Origin: Candidatus Methanomethylicia archaeon
GTDB lineage: Archaea; Thermoproteota; Methanomethylicia; Culexarchaeales; Culexarchaeaceae
Length of the DNA stretch: 64,000 bases
Direction: 5' to 3'
Assembly: GCA_038727515.1 (NCBI GenBank)
Contig: JAVYVS010000001.1
Span: 352,001-416,000, forward strand
In this document: piece by piece, positions 29,792-39,542 of the stretch
How the letters are laid out: each line of letters begins with the position of its first letter
Position numbering within the stretch: the stretch's first letter is position 1
Notes under the pieces: model-generated
Told to the model about the DNA's origin: nothing
The model's input: only the letters and a program-made list of their open reading frames with translations
Databases searched by the model: none
Translations under genes and position numbers: made by a program

Positions 29792-30883
29792 ATGTATAGT
29801 TTAAGTGAAGAAAGTATACAGTTTCTAAAGGAAATTTTGGAAGAATTTGGACCATCAGGATTTGAAGATAGAGTTTTAAAAAGGATAAGGAATAGGATGG
29901 AGAAATATTCAGATCAAGTAATAAAGGATAATTTGAATTCATTGATCTTTGTAAAAAGAGGATCAAGTGAAAGACCAAAAGTTATAGTGGCAGGACATGT
30001 AGATGAAGTGGGATTTGTAGTAACCTCTATAACAAAAGATGGATATTTAACATTTACAAATCTCGGTGGATGGTTTGATCAAGTATTATTAGCACAAAAA
30101 GTTATAATAATGACAAATAAAGGACCAGTTCTAGGAGTAATAACTTCAAAGCCTCCACATCTATTAACGCCAGAAGAAAGACAAAAAGTCGTTACAATGA
30201 GACAAATGTACATAGATGTAGGAGCAACATCAGAAGAAGAAGTAAGGAATATGGGTATAAGAATTGGAGATCCAATAGCACCATATCCAACCTTCCAAAT
30301 ATCAAATACTGGAAAAACAATATTTGCAAAAGCTTTTGATGATAGAATTGGAGCTTTCATAGCCATGGAAGCGTTAAAATACATAAAGGAAAACAATATT
30401 GAACATCCAAACACATACTATGCAGCAGCAACAGTACAGGAAGAAGTTGGTTTAAGAGGAGCTGAAACAGTTAGATGGGTTGCAGATCATGATGTAGCAA
30501 TAGTAACAGAAGTAGATATTGCAGGAGATGTACCTGGAATATCAGCTGGAGAAGCACAATCAAAACTTGGTAAAGGACCAACAATAGTAACCCTAGATAA
30601 TACAATGATACCAAATCAGAAATTAAAGGAGTTTGTAATAAAAGTTGCAGAAGAAGAAAAGATACCATATCAATTAACGGTGGTTAGAGGAGGAACTGAT
30701 GCTGGAAGATTACACATGTATAGAGAAGGTAGACCTAGCATAGTTCTTGGAGTACCTACAAGACATATACATAGCCATGTTGGAATAATACATAGAGATG
30801 ATTTAGAAAATGCAGTAAAACTAGTAATTGCATTAATCAAAAGATTAGATGAGAAAACAGTCAAAAGCTTTAGCGAACTATAA
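29792..30883 (+). CDS. M42 family (TET-type) aminopeptidase
   Basis: GPSGFE, AGHVDEVG, KAFDDRIG, QEEVGLRGA, GGTDAG, RHIHS. Confidence 0.93.
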   Translation: MYSLSEESIQFLKEILEEFGPSGFEDRVLKRIRNRMEKYSDQVIKDNLNSLIFVKRGSSERPKVIVAGHVDEVGFVVTSITKDGYLTFTNLGGWFDQVLLAQKVIIMTNKGPVLGVITSKPPHLLTPEERQKVVTMRQMYIDVGATSEEEVRNMGIRIGDPIAPYPTFQISNTGKTIFAKAFDDRIGAFIAMEALKYIKENNIEHPNTYYAAATVQEEVGLRGAETVRWVADHDVAIVTEVDIAGDVPGISAGEAQSKLGKGPTIVTLDNTMIPNQKLKEFVIKVAEEEKIPYQLTVVRGGTDAGRLHMYREGRPSIVLGVPTRHIHSHVGIIHRDDLENAVKLVIALIKRLDEKTVKSFSEL

Positions 30884-30906
30884 ATTAAATTTAAACATCA
30901 ACTTTT

Positions 30907-31566
30907 TTAAAAATAACCTTTAACTTCAAACTCTAATAATTTAACTACCCATAATAGATTACTTAATCTTTTAAATGCAATATTCTTTGCAAATTCAGTA
31001 TTCATTGACTCAGGTATATGGATGAGTTTAGAGAAAACATGATCTAAAGTATAATTAGAATCATCAATACTTCTAAACCTAGGTGTAAATTCAGGTTCAA
31101 AATATAATATTCTATCACTAAATTCACCATAAATAATCATTCTAGCAAATCCTATAATACCAAGAGCATCCAATCTATCAGCATCTTGAAGAACCATGGA
31201 AATCAAATTATTAGATTTAACCTTAGAACTCCAACTATGCTCTCGTATAGCATTACATATAATCTCAATATCATTAAGATTCAATCCACAATCCAAAAGA
31301 AAATATCTAGCATATTCAGCAGATTTATATGCATGATCCTCTTTAACACCATACAATGGTATCGAAATATCATGAAGTAAACATGCTAATGTTAAAAGAA
31401 ATTTATCATAATCTGAAACTCCAATATTTTCAGCAATGGTTAAAGCATTATTTAAAACACGTTTAACATGGAGAAAATCATGTGAAGAAGGATAATTCCC
31501 TCTACAACTATTATAGATATCTAAAACCTTACTTTCAACAACTCTAACAATATCATTAAAATCCAT
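30907..31566 (-). CDS. HD-domain phosphohydrolase
   Basis: HDFLHVKRV, LLHD, H, QDADRLDALG. Confidence 0.9.
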   Translation of the reverse strand: MDFNDIVRVVESKVLDIYNSCRGNYPSSHDFLHVKRVLNNALTIAENIGVSDYDKFLLTLACLLHDISIPLYGVKEDHAYKSAEYARYFLLDCGLNLNDIEIICNAIREHSWSSKVKSNNLISMVLQDADRLDALGIIGFARMIIYGEFSDRILYFEPEFTPRFRSIDDSNYTLDHVFSKLIHIPESMNTEFAKNIAFKRLSNLLWVVKLLEFEVKGYF

Positions 31567-31616
31567 TTAAACCACACTTATAATAACTATAAATCAACAT
31601 ATAATTAATTTCCATC

Positions 31617-32771
31617 CTATGGGAATAAACCAATCATAAAAGCTAAACCAAACCTTAATAATCGTAATGGGTTATTGACAACATCAATAAAATGTTCATC
31701 ATAATCCAGATGGGAAAGAAGAGAATTATCAAATTTAAGTCTACAACCACCTTTAATCAAACTCTTAAAAGCAAAATTATTGAATTTCAAAAGAATTCTA
31801 ACCAATCTAAATGAAAATTTAAATTTATTAGATAAACTCCAAAATAAATTGGAGTATAGAGAGTTAAAGGAATTGAAATTAAGGGAACCCTTAAGATATG
31901 AGTTAATTAAAGTGGAAAGAACTCTAGAAAATAGGCATATTGGGTATAATCCACCTCCAGTAAGAGGTTTATTCATTTGAATAGCATCACCAATAGCTAA
32001 AATTCTACCAAGACCATAAGATCCTATGGGACCTCTAATAACAATCCCACTGAAAAAACGTTTTATACTTGCATTTGAAATTAAACCTTCATCCATAACA
32101 TGCTTCAAGAGCAATCGCATTAACGTAATCACATCAACAGAATTTCTAACAGTTAAACCAATAATACACTTATCATCACCAATAGGTATAAACCAAGAAA
32201 AGTAATCACTTAAACCATCAATATAAACATGTATATAATTACTATGAACTCTACAATGGACATAAGCTTGAAAACCAAGAAAATCATCACTATAATTTAT
32301 CAAACCCAAACGCCTAGAGAAAAATCTCTTAGAACCTTCAGCTAAAATTATCAAATTAGATTTAAATCTGCGATCATCATCAACCTTTAATAAACCATTA
32401 ACATCAATAAAAGAAACAAAACTATCAAGATGGATTGAATGACCCTTACTCAAACACCTATCATAAAAATATTGCTCAATGCCAACACGATCAACCTTTA
32501 AAGCTAAAGGTTTACCCAACCAATACAACTTATAACCATTAAAACAAATAACAAAACCATCATATTCAGCTTCAATAAATTTCTTTGAAACACCAAGCAT
32601 ATTAAAGGTTTTAGGACTAATGATACCAGCACAATGCATAGGTAAACCAATATTTGAATGCTCTTCAAAAATATGTACATCACCATCAATCATACTAGAT
32701 AGATATAAACCTGAAAAACCGCCACCAACAACACAAACATCAACACTCCTCATAAATTCCAACCAATACAA
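31617..32771 (-). CDS. FAD-dependent oxidoreductase, geranylgeranyl reductase family
   Basis: VVGGGFSG, EEH..IG.PMHCAG, WFIP, IGDA...KPLTGGG. Confidence 0.8.
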   Translation of the reverse strand: MYWLEFMRSVDVCVVGGGFSGLYLSSMIDGDVHIFEEHSNIGLPMHCAGIISPKTFNMLGVSKKFIEAEYDGFVICFNGYKLYWLGKPLALKVDRVGIEQYFYDRCLSKGHSIHLDSFVSFIDVNGLLKVDDDRRFKSNLIILAEGSKRFFSRRLGLINYSDDFLGFQAYVHCRVHSNYIHVYIDGLSDYFSWFIPIGDDKCIIGLTVRNSVDVITLMRLLLKHVMDEGLISNASIKRFFSGIVIRGPIGSYGLGRILAIGDAIQMNKPLTGGGLYPICLFSRVLSTLINSYLKGSLNFNSFNSLYSNLFWSLSNKFKFSFRLVRILLKFNNFAFKSLIKGGCRLKFDNSLLSHLDYDEHFIDVVNNPLRLLRFGLAFMIGLFP

Positions 32772-32858
32772 AATAATTTATAGAAACAATCAACTTAATG
32801 ATTTCCATAACCCAAAAATTAAATAACTTAAATTAAGAAGTTTATTCCATAGATGTAA

Positions 32859-33635
32859 ATGAATAATGAAGAATTATTTCGCAAAATAACCGAATTACTA
32901 AGTGAAAGGAAAACTGTAGCTCTATGTACAGTAATAGAGAAAATTGGTTCTGGACCTAGAGATATTGGCGCGAAAATGATAGTATATGATGATGGTAAAA
33001 CCATGGGTAGTATAGGGGGAGGGCATATTGAGAGAATAATAGTTAAAGAAGCTTTAAAAGCCATTAAAGAAAATAAGAGTAGAGAAATAACACTTTCACT
33101 AGGTTCAGGTGAAGGTATAGAAACTGGATTGATATGTGGTGGAAGTATTAGAATTTTCATAGACATAATAAATCCGAAACCAAGATTAATAATAATTGGA
33201 TCTGGAAATATAGCAAAACCATTAGCTGAAATTGCAAATATAGTTGGATTTGATGTAATAATCGTAGATGATAATATGGAAACCGCAACAAAAGATAGAT
33301 TTCCAATGGTAAGTAAAATAATAGTGAATCAATTAACAAAGGGAATAGAAGAATTAGATATAAAAAGTGAAGATTTCATAGCAATAGTTCATGGAGATGT
33401 GGAAAAGGAATATGAAGTATTAAAAAAGATCTTGAAAACAAAAGTGAGGTATCTTGGTTTACTTGGAAGTAAAAGGAAAAGCTCTGAAATAAAAAGGAGG
33501 TTAATTGAGGAGGGATATAATAAGGAAGATGTTGAAAAAATACATTCACCAATAGGTTTAGATATAGGTGCAGAAACACCCGAAGAAATAGCTGTAAGCA
33601 TAACTGCAGAATTAATAGCAGTATTAAGGGGGTAA
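32859..33635 (+). CDS. XdhC/CoxI family molybdoenzyme maturation factor
   Basis: GSGPRDIGAKM, GSIGGG, CGG, YLGLLGSKRK, PIGLDIGAETPEEIAVSI. Confidence 0.93.
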   Translation: MNNEELFRKITELLSERKTVALCTVIEKIGSGPRDIGAKMIVYDDGKTMGSIGGGHIERIIVKEALKAIKENKSREITLSLGSGEGIETGLICGGSIRIFIDIINPKPRLIIIGSGNIAKPLAEIANIVGFDVIIVDDNMETATKDRFPMVSKIIVNQLTKGIEELDIKSEDFIAIVHGDVEKEYEVLKKILKTKVRYLGLLGSKRKSSEIKRRLIEEGYNKEDVEKIHSPIGLDIGAETPEEIAVSITAELIAVLRG

Positions 33636-33638
33636 AAT

Positions 33639-34232
33639 ATGATTGCAGCAATAATACTTGCAGCTGGACACTCAAAAAGATTTGGCAGAAATAAACTACT
33701 AGAACCAATAAATGGAAAGCCAATGATAAAATGGACTATAGAAACAGCATTAAAAAGCAATGTAGGAAAAGTGGTAATTGTATTAGGATTTGAAGCAGAA
33801 AGAATCTATGAAGTAATAAAGGATCTACCATGTGAAAAAATTGTAAATCCAAAGTATGAATTAGGAATGAGTACATCAGTGAAATGTGGAGTTGAAAAAG
33901 TTATGGATAAAAATGAAGCAGTATTAATAATTCCAGGAGACTGCCCCTTCATAGATGAAAATACAATAAAAAACATTATAGATAGATATAGAGAAACTAA
34001 AGCACCAATAATTATAGCCACATATCAAGGTAGAAGAGGGCATCCAATATTGATAAGTAAAGAACTATATCAAGAAGTTATGAATATAAGCGAAGAGAAA
34101 ATGGGATTAAAAGAGGTAGTGAGAAAACATGAGGGAGAAATAGTTCATGTTGAAACAGATAATATGGGGGTAATAATAGATATAGATACACCAGAAGATT
34201 TAGAAAAAGCAATAGAGAAGCTTTTAAAATAA
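33639..34232 (+). CDS. Molybdenum cofactor cytidylyltransferase (MocA-like)
   Basis: ILAAG.SKRFG.NKLL, GMSTS, GDCP, GHP, DIDTPED; follows xdhC. Confidence 0.88.
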   Translation: MIAAIILAAGHSKRFGRNKLLEPINGKPMIKWTIETALKSNVGKVVIVLGFEAERIYEVIKDLPCEKIVNPKYELGMSTSVKCGVEKVMDKNEAVLIIPGDCPFIDENTIKNIIDRYRETKAPIIIATYQGRRGHPILISKELYQEVMNISEEKMGLKEVVRKHEGEIVHVETDNMGVIIDIDTPEDLEKAIEKLLK

Positions 34233-34259
34233 AGCTATTAAATTAATTAAGACTATGAT

Positions 34260-35498
34260 ATGGTTAAAGGATTTAGATATATACCTCCAGAAAAAGCATT
34301 AGAAGAAGTTTTAAAACATATCCAAAGTATAAATGAAGTTGAAGAAATTCCAATACTTAATTCTGTGGGTAGAATATTAGCAGAAGATATAATAGTAAAA
34401 GAGGATATACCGCCAAGAGATACATCTCACTTTGATGGATATGCAGCAAATTATGAAGATACATTAAATGCATCATATGAAAACCCAGTAAGATTAAAGA
34501 TTAAGGGGGATATAGCACCAAATGAAGTACATAACTATGAAATTTCAAAGGGTGAAGTATATAGGATAAGTACAGGAGGCTACCTACCGAAAGGTGCTAA
34601 TACGATAATACCAGTGGAAGCAGTAAGAGTATTAGATAAAGAGACAATACAAATAACACGTAAATCAAAACCAATGGAGCATGTAATAAAATGTGGAGAA
34701 GACTATAAAAGCGGTGAAATAGCGCTGAAGATAGGTAGAATCATAAGACCTGTAGACATAGATTTAATGGCTTATATTAAGATTAAAAGGGTAAAGGTAT
34801 ATAGAAAACCAGTGATAGCAGTATTAGCCGTTGGAGATGAATTAATAATTGAAGAAACTTCACCACACACATACATGATAATGAAATTAATTGAAGAATT
34901 TGGTGCAACACCAATAGATATGGGGATAGCTAAAGATGATAACATGGATATAATGTATAAAATTGGAAAATCACTAAAGATATGTGACTTATTAATAACA
35001 ATTGGAGGATGTTCAGTGGGTGAAATGGATTTAGTTCCAGATGCAGTAATGTCAATGCCAAAATCAAAGATTATTGTTAGGGGAATAATGAGAGTTCCAG
35101 GTAGACAAACGAGTTTTGCAATTGTAGATGGAAAACCAATACTAATGCTTCCAGGATTAATACAATCTACAATCATAGGATTCTATACGCTTGGACTTCC
35201 ACTAATTTTAAAACTAAGCAATAATAATGCTAAACCCATGAAATTAAAGGTTAAATCATTTAGGGAAATAATAATTGAAAATATGCTTCCATTTGAGAGA
35301 GCAGTATTTGGTAGAATAATTGAATTAAAGGAAATACCAATAGTTGAAATATTAACTGGAAAATCATTATTGAGGAGAATGATGATAGATTCACATGGAT
35401 TTATAGTTATTCCCCCATTTAAAAATGCCATAAATAAAGGGGAGAATTTAGAACTTAATCTATTTAAGCCAAATTTATATGATAATTATGGGGATTGA
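34260..35498 (+). CDS. moeA: Molybdopterin molybdotransferase
   Basis: GRILAEDI, PP...SHFDGYA, ISTG..LP.GA, GDEL, GGCSVG..D, LPG. Confidence 0.88.
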   Translation: MVKGFRYIPPEKALEEVLKHIQSINEVEEIPILNSVGRILAEDIIVKEDIPPRDTSHFDGYAANYEDTLNASYENPVRLKIKGDIAPNEVHNYEISKGEVYRISTGGYLPKGANTIIPVEAVRVLDKETIQITRKSKPMEHVIKCGEDYKSGEIALKIGRIIRPVDIDLMAYIKIKRVKVYRKPVIAVLAVGDELIIEETSPHTYMIMKLIEEFGATPIDMGIAKDDNMDIMYKIGKSLKICDLLITIGGCSVGEMDLVPDAVMSMPKSKIIVRGIMRVPGRQTSFAIVDGKPILMLPGLIQSTIIGFYTLGLPLILKLSNNNAKPMKLKVKSFREIIIENMLPFERAVFGRIIELKEIPIVEILTGKSLLRRMMIDSHGFIVIPPFKNAINKGENLELNLFKPNLYDNYGD

Positions 35499-35805
35499 AA
35501 TTAAAGAGATATCACTGGAACAATTAATTTCAAAATTCAATATAAATTTAAATGAAATCATAGCAGAACTGGAAAAATTGAATGTAGATGTGAAGGATAC
35601 AAGGATATTTCTAGAGGATTATGTACCAATACGTTTACAAGAAATATTCTCCTATATAAACGGTAAATATAATTTGGATGTTATTGAAACAATGGTTTTA
35701 GAAGGTAATTTAGTAATAATATGTGTAAAAAGGAGAGTAAATGGAAGTAAAACAATACTTGGTTTAACAGCTACTCACAATAACCACACCAATCAAGGAT
35801 CATAG
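35488..35805 (+). CDS. Small hypothetical protein (weak TusA/DUF2249-like pattern)
   Basis: Overlaps the moeA stop; DYVPIRL...VIICVKRR; no CPxP. Confidence 0.5.
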   Translation: MGIEIKEISLEQLISKFNINLNEIIAELEKLNVDVKDTRIFLEDYVPIRLQEIFSYINGKYNLDVIETMVLEGNLVIICVKRRVNGSKTILGLTATHNNHTNQGS

Positions 35806-37060
35806 TAGCCATAACCTTGACAGCATTAATAACATTCTTTAAATCAACCCATTCGTTATATGCATGCATTTGCGTTATAGTTCCAGGACCAAAGCATACA
35901 GTTGGAATACCCATCTTCATTAAGATCCTCATATCAGTAGCACCTTCATGTCCTTTAACAATAGGCTCAGAATTCAATGATTTCCTATATGCATTCATAA
36001 GGGTTGAAACCAATGGATGACTCAATTGTATTTCTACACCCTCACCAGCATAACCCTCTTGTGAAATTTCAGGGGGATTATGTTTAAGCCAAGGATCAGT
36101 TTCACAATACTTTAATATGAAATTCCTTAATTCACTTATTGCATCACTTATAGTTTCACCTGGAAGTAAACCCATTCTCCCACGCATTTCAGCTTCATCA
36201 GGTATAACGCTGGGATAACTACCAGCATTAAACATCCCAATAAATAATGCCAATGCACCTCTAGGATCTGGATATAATGGATGCTTCTTCTCTAAAACCC
36301 TAATATCATAAAATCTTTTAATAGTTTCATAAATTTTATATGCTTGTTCAATAACATTTACACCCTCCCAAATCCTAGACATAGATGCTGTTTTTCCCCT
36401 AACTTTAATCTTAAACCACATACTACCAGAAACTGCAGGTTGGATTTCCATATCACTAGCTTCAGCATTTATAGCTCCATCAGCAACATAACCTCTTAGA
36501 AGAGCTGCAAGAGTACCATTGCTACTGTACTCTTCATCTATAACGTAATGTAAATATATGTCTCCAAGAGGTTTAACCCCAACATCCAGGAGTAGTTTAA
36601 CAGCCATAGTATAAGCAGCAACACCACTCTTCATATCTGAAGCTCCTCTACCATAAAGTCTTCCATCCACAATTTCCCCTTTAAAAGGATCATAGCTCCA
36701 TGAAGACCTTGAACCTGCTGGGATAACATCAATATGACCATTGAAAGCTAGAGATCTTCCTCCACCTTCACCCTTAACTATCCCAACGAGCATAGGTCTA
36801 TCCTTATAACTTAATTTAATTTTCTCAGCCAGAGGATTCTTGAGAAGTTCTTTTTCATCTATAAACCACATATCATACTTTAAACCCCAATCTCTAAGTT
36901 TAGAAGCTATAAACTCTTGTATACCACTCTCTTCACCAGTAACACTTGGAATACTAATTAAATCCCTTAAGAAATTTATTATTTCATCCCTACAATTATC
37001 AATATTATTTAAAACTTTCTCTAAAATCGTCTTCTTACCCAAAGATATCACCAAAACCAC
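35771..37060 (-). CDS. ArgE/DapE family M20 deacylase
   Basis: NGHIDVIP, GRGASDMK, DEE, ATDM, GPG...MHAYNE. Likely start TTG 37042. Confidence 0.9.
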   Translation of the reverse strand: MVLVISLGKKTILEKVLNNIDNCRDEIINFLRDLISIPSVTGEESGIQEFIASKLRDWGLKYDMWFIDEKELLKNPLAEKIKLSYKDRPMLVGIVKGEGGGRSLAFNGHIDVIPAGSRSSWSYDPFKGEIVDGRLYGRGASDMKSGVAAYTMAVKLLLDVGVKPLGDIYLHYVIDEEYSSNGTLAALLRGYVADGAINAEASDMEIQPAVSGSMWFKIKVRGKTASMSRIWEGVNVIEQAYKIYETIKRFYDIRVLEKKHPLYPDPRGALALFIGMFNAGSYPSVIPDEAEMRGRMGLLPGETISDAISELRNFILKYCETDPWLKHNPPEISQEGYAGEGVEIQLSHPLVSTLMNAYRKSLNSEPIVKGHEGATDMRILMKMGIPTVCFGPGTITQMHAYNEWVDLKNVINAVKVMATMILDWCGYCE

Positions 37061-37135
37061 TTATATATGAAGATGAAAATAATATTTTGCATCAACAATA
37101 TATGCAACGAAATAAACAAGTATTTTGATGTATAA

Positions 37136-38167
37136 ATGAGAGCAGCCATATTAAATTCCCCAAGGAACTTAACAATATCAGAAGTTCAAACACCATTAAA
37201 TCCTAGAATGGATGAAGTAATAATAAAGGTTAAATATGCAGCAATATGTGGAACAGATCTCCATTTATACAGAGGAGAGACACCAGCCAAATATCCAGTT
37301 ATACTTGGACATGAATATGCAGGAGAGGTATTAATGGTGGGATCAGGCATAAGAACATTTAAACCTGGAGATAGAGTTATAGGTTCATATATGGTATCAT
37401 GTGGAAAATGTAGATTTTGCATTATTGGAAAACCACATTTATGTGAAAGAAGATTAATGTTTGGAATAAATATTGATGGTTCTTTCGCTGAATATATGAG
37501 GATTCCATTAGCGGAAAGAGTACTAGTGAAAATTCCAGATGAAATAAACTTAGAAGATGCAGTATTAATTCCAGATACATTTTTAACAGCATTAAACGCT
37601 GTAGAAATAGGTTTGAAAGCTGGAGAAACCATATTGATAACTGGACTTGGAAGTATAGGATTATCAGCAGTAATAGCAGCAAAAATTATGGGGGCTGGAA
37701 AAATAATTGGAACCGTGAGAAGAGAAAAACCTGCAAAAATAGCAGAAGAATTAGGAGTAAATTATATCATTAATCCTGAAGATGAAAATATACTAAATAA
37801 GATAATGAAATTAACAGATAATTATGGTGTAGATATATCAATAGAAACTAGTGGAAGTCCCAAGAATATTAGGTTAGCATTTGAATCTCTAAAACCAGGT
37901 GGAAAATTAATTCAAGTAGCAATACCAATAGAACCAGTAACTCTAGACTTAAAATATATGATTGGAATGGAAAAAAGTATTATAGGAGCATTAAATCCTG
38001 GAACAATAATACACATAGAAAAAGCATTAAACCTAATTAAAGATAGAATAAGTGACCTTAGGAAAATAGTTACACATAAATATGATTTAGAAGAATTAAA
38101 TAAGGCTATGGAAATCCTTGAAAAGAGAATTGAAGATCCAGTAAAAGTGATGATAAGGATAGATTGA
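37136..38167 (+). CDS. Zinc-dependent medium-chain alcohol dehydrogenase
   Basis: CGTDLH, GHE, CGKCRFC..G..HLC, GLGSIG. Confidence 0.92.
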   Translation: MRAAILNSPRNLTISEVQTPLNPRMDEVIIKVKYAAICGTDLHLYRGETPAKYPVILGHEYAGEVLMVGSGIRTFKPGDRVIGSYMVSCGKCRFCIIGKPHLCERRLMFGINIDGSFAEYMRIPLAERVLVKIPDEINLEDAVLIPDTFLTALNAVEIGLKAGETILITGLGSIGLSAVIAAKIMGAGKIIGTVRREKPAKIAEELGVNYIINPEDENILNKIMKLTDNYGVDISIETSGSPKNIRLAFESLKPGGKLIQVAIPIEPVTLDLKYMIGMEKSIIGALNPGTIIHIEKALNLIKDRISDLRKIVTHKYDLEELNKAMEILEKRIEDPVKVMIRID

Positions 38168-38217
38168 AATTAAACTGTTATATGTATCTATAAACAATAT
38201 TAACTGGAGGATGTAAA

Positions 38218-39540
38218 ATGCCAAAGGTATCAATAGTAAGAGTGAAAGAACCAATAAATGAAGATAATGTTTATGAAGCTGTAGAAAAGGCAGTAAACAT
38301 GATTGGAGGAATAAGTAAATTTGTAAAAAGTGGAGAAAGAGTTTTAATAAAACCAAATTTAGTGAGTCCAAGACCTCCACCAGTAACCACTGACCCAAAA
38401 GTTGTGAGAGCAATAGCATTAATGGTAAAAGATTCTGGAGGAAAACCAATAATAGGAGAATCATGTTCAGCCATGACCCATTGGTGGAGGGAGGGTATGA
38501 ATACAAGGCAAGTAATGGAGGTATTAGGATATATGAAGATGGCAAAAGAAATTGGAGTGGAAATTAAGCCATTTGATGAATATGGAGTATTTAAATCAGT
38601 TAAAATGAAGGTCCCAAATGGATTAATACTAAAGGAAATTGAAGTTGCAGAATTAATACAAGAAGTTGACAAGATAATAGGAGTACCGGTATTAAAGACT
38701 AGCATGGAAGGTGGAGGTATAACTGGATGTATAAAGTTAATGCATGGAGTAGTGAATACATTCAATGATAGATTGAAATGGCATAGAACAGATTTATGGT
38801 ATAAATTAATTGATGAAATAAAACCATACAGAGACAAATATGTTCTAGGCGTAATAGATGCAATTAAATGTATGGAGGGTGATGGTCCAATACATGGAAG
38901 TCCAGTAGATTTAAACTTGATAATAGCAGGTGAAGACCCGGTTGCAACCGATGCTATTGCAGCAAAAGTAATTGGATATGAATATCCAAATCTAGAAGTT
39001 GGACCTATAGCAATAGCTCATACACAAGGATTGGGTATTGGAGATCCAACTCAAATAGAAGTTTTAGGTGAACCAATAGAAAAGGTTAAGAGGAGATTTA
39101 AATTTGCAACATGTGAAATAATTGAACCACACTTTCCAAATACAATAGTTATAGATGGAGCTACATGTAGAACATGTAAAGCATGGATAAAATTCACATT
39201 GTATATGCTAAAGGATACTGGATTCTTTAATGATATTAAAGCAATGGGGAAGAAATTATACATATATACAGGCTTAAATACTCCAATACCACAAGAATTA
39301 GATGAATTAAAGAAGATTTGTGGAGAAGGATTAATAATAGTATTTGGTGAATGTGCAGTGTCAACAACAGCAAGAGAAATCTATTGGATTTTAACTCAAG
39401 GTGAAATTAAAGATAAAGTGGTTATGGTATATGGATGTCCTCCCTTTGCAGTATCCCATTATGCATCTGAAATAAGGATGAAAATGGGTTTGGAAGTCGG
39501 AGAAAGAGAAAGGGAAGCATTTAAATATGTTCCAACATAG
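38218..39540 (+). CDS. DUF362 Fe-S protein with C-terminal Cys cluster
   Basis: VLIKPN, TTDP, P.LKT, GCIK, EGDGP..G, DPVATD; C-terminal CRTC, GEC, GCPP. Confidence 0.85.
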   Translation: MPKVSIVRVKEPINEDNVYEAVEKAVNMIGGISKFVKSGERVLIKPNLVSPRPPPVTTDPKVVRAIALMVKDSGGKPIIGESCSAMTHWWREGMNTRQVMEVLGYMKMAKEIGVEIKPFDEYGVFKSVKMKVPNGLILKEIEVAELIQEVDKIIGVPVLKTSMEGGGITGCIKLMHGVVNTFNDRLKWHRTDLWYKLIDEIKPYRDKYVLGVIDAIKCMEGDGPIHGSPVDLNLIIAGEDPVATDAIAAKVIGYEYPNLEVGPIAIAHTQGLGIGDPTQIEVLGEPIEKVKRRFKFATCEIIEPHFPNTIVIDGATCRTCKAWIKFTLYMLKDTGFFNDIKAMGKKLYIYTGLNTPIPQELDELKKICGEGLIIVFGECAVSTTAREIYWILTQGEIKDKVVMVYGCPPFAVSHYASEIRMKMGLEVGEREREAFKYVPT

Positions 39541-39542
39541 GT

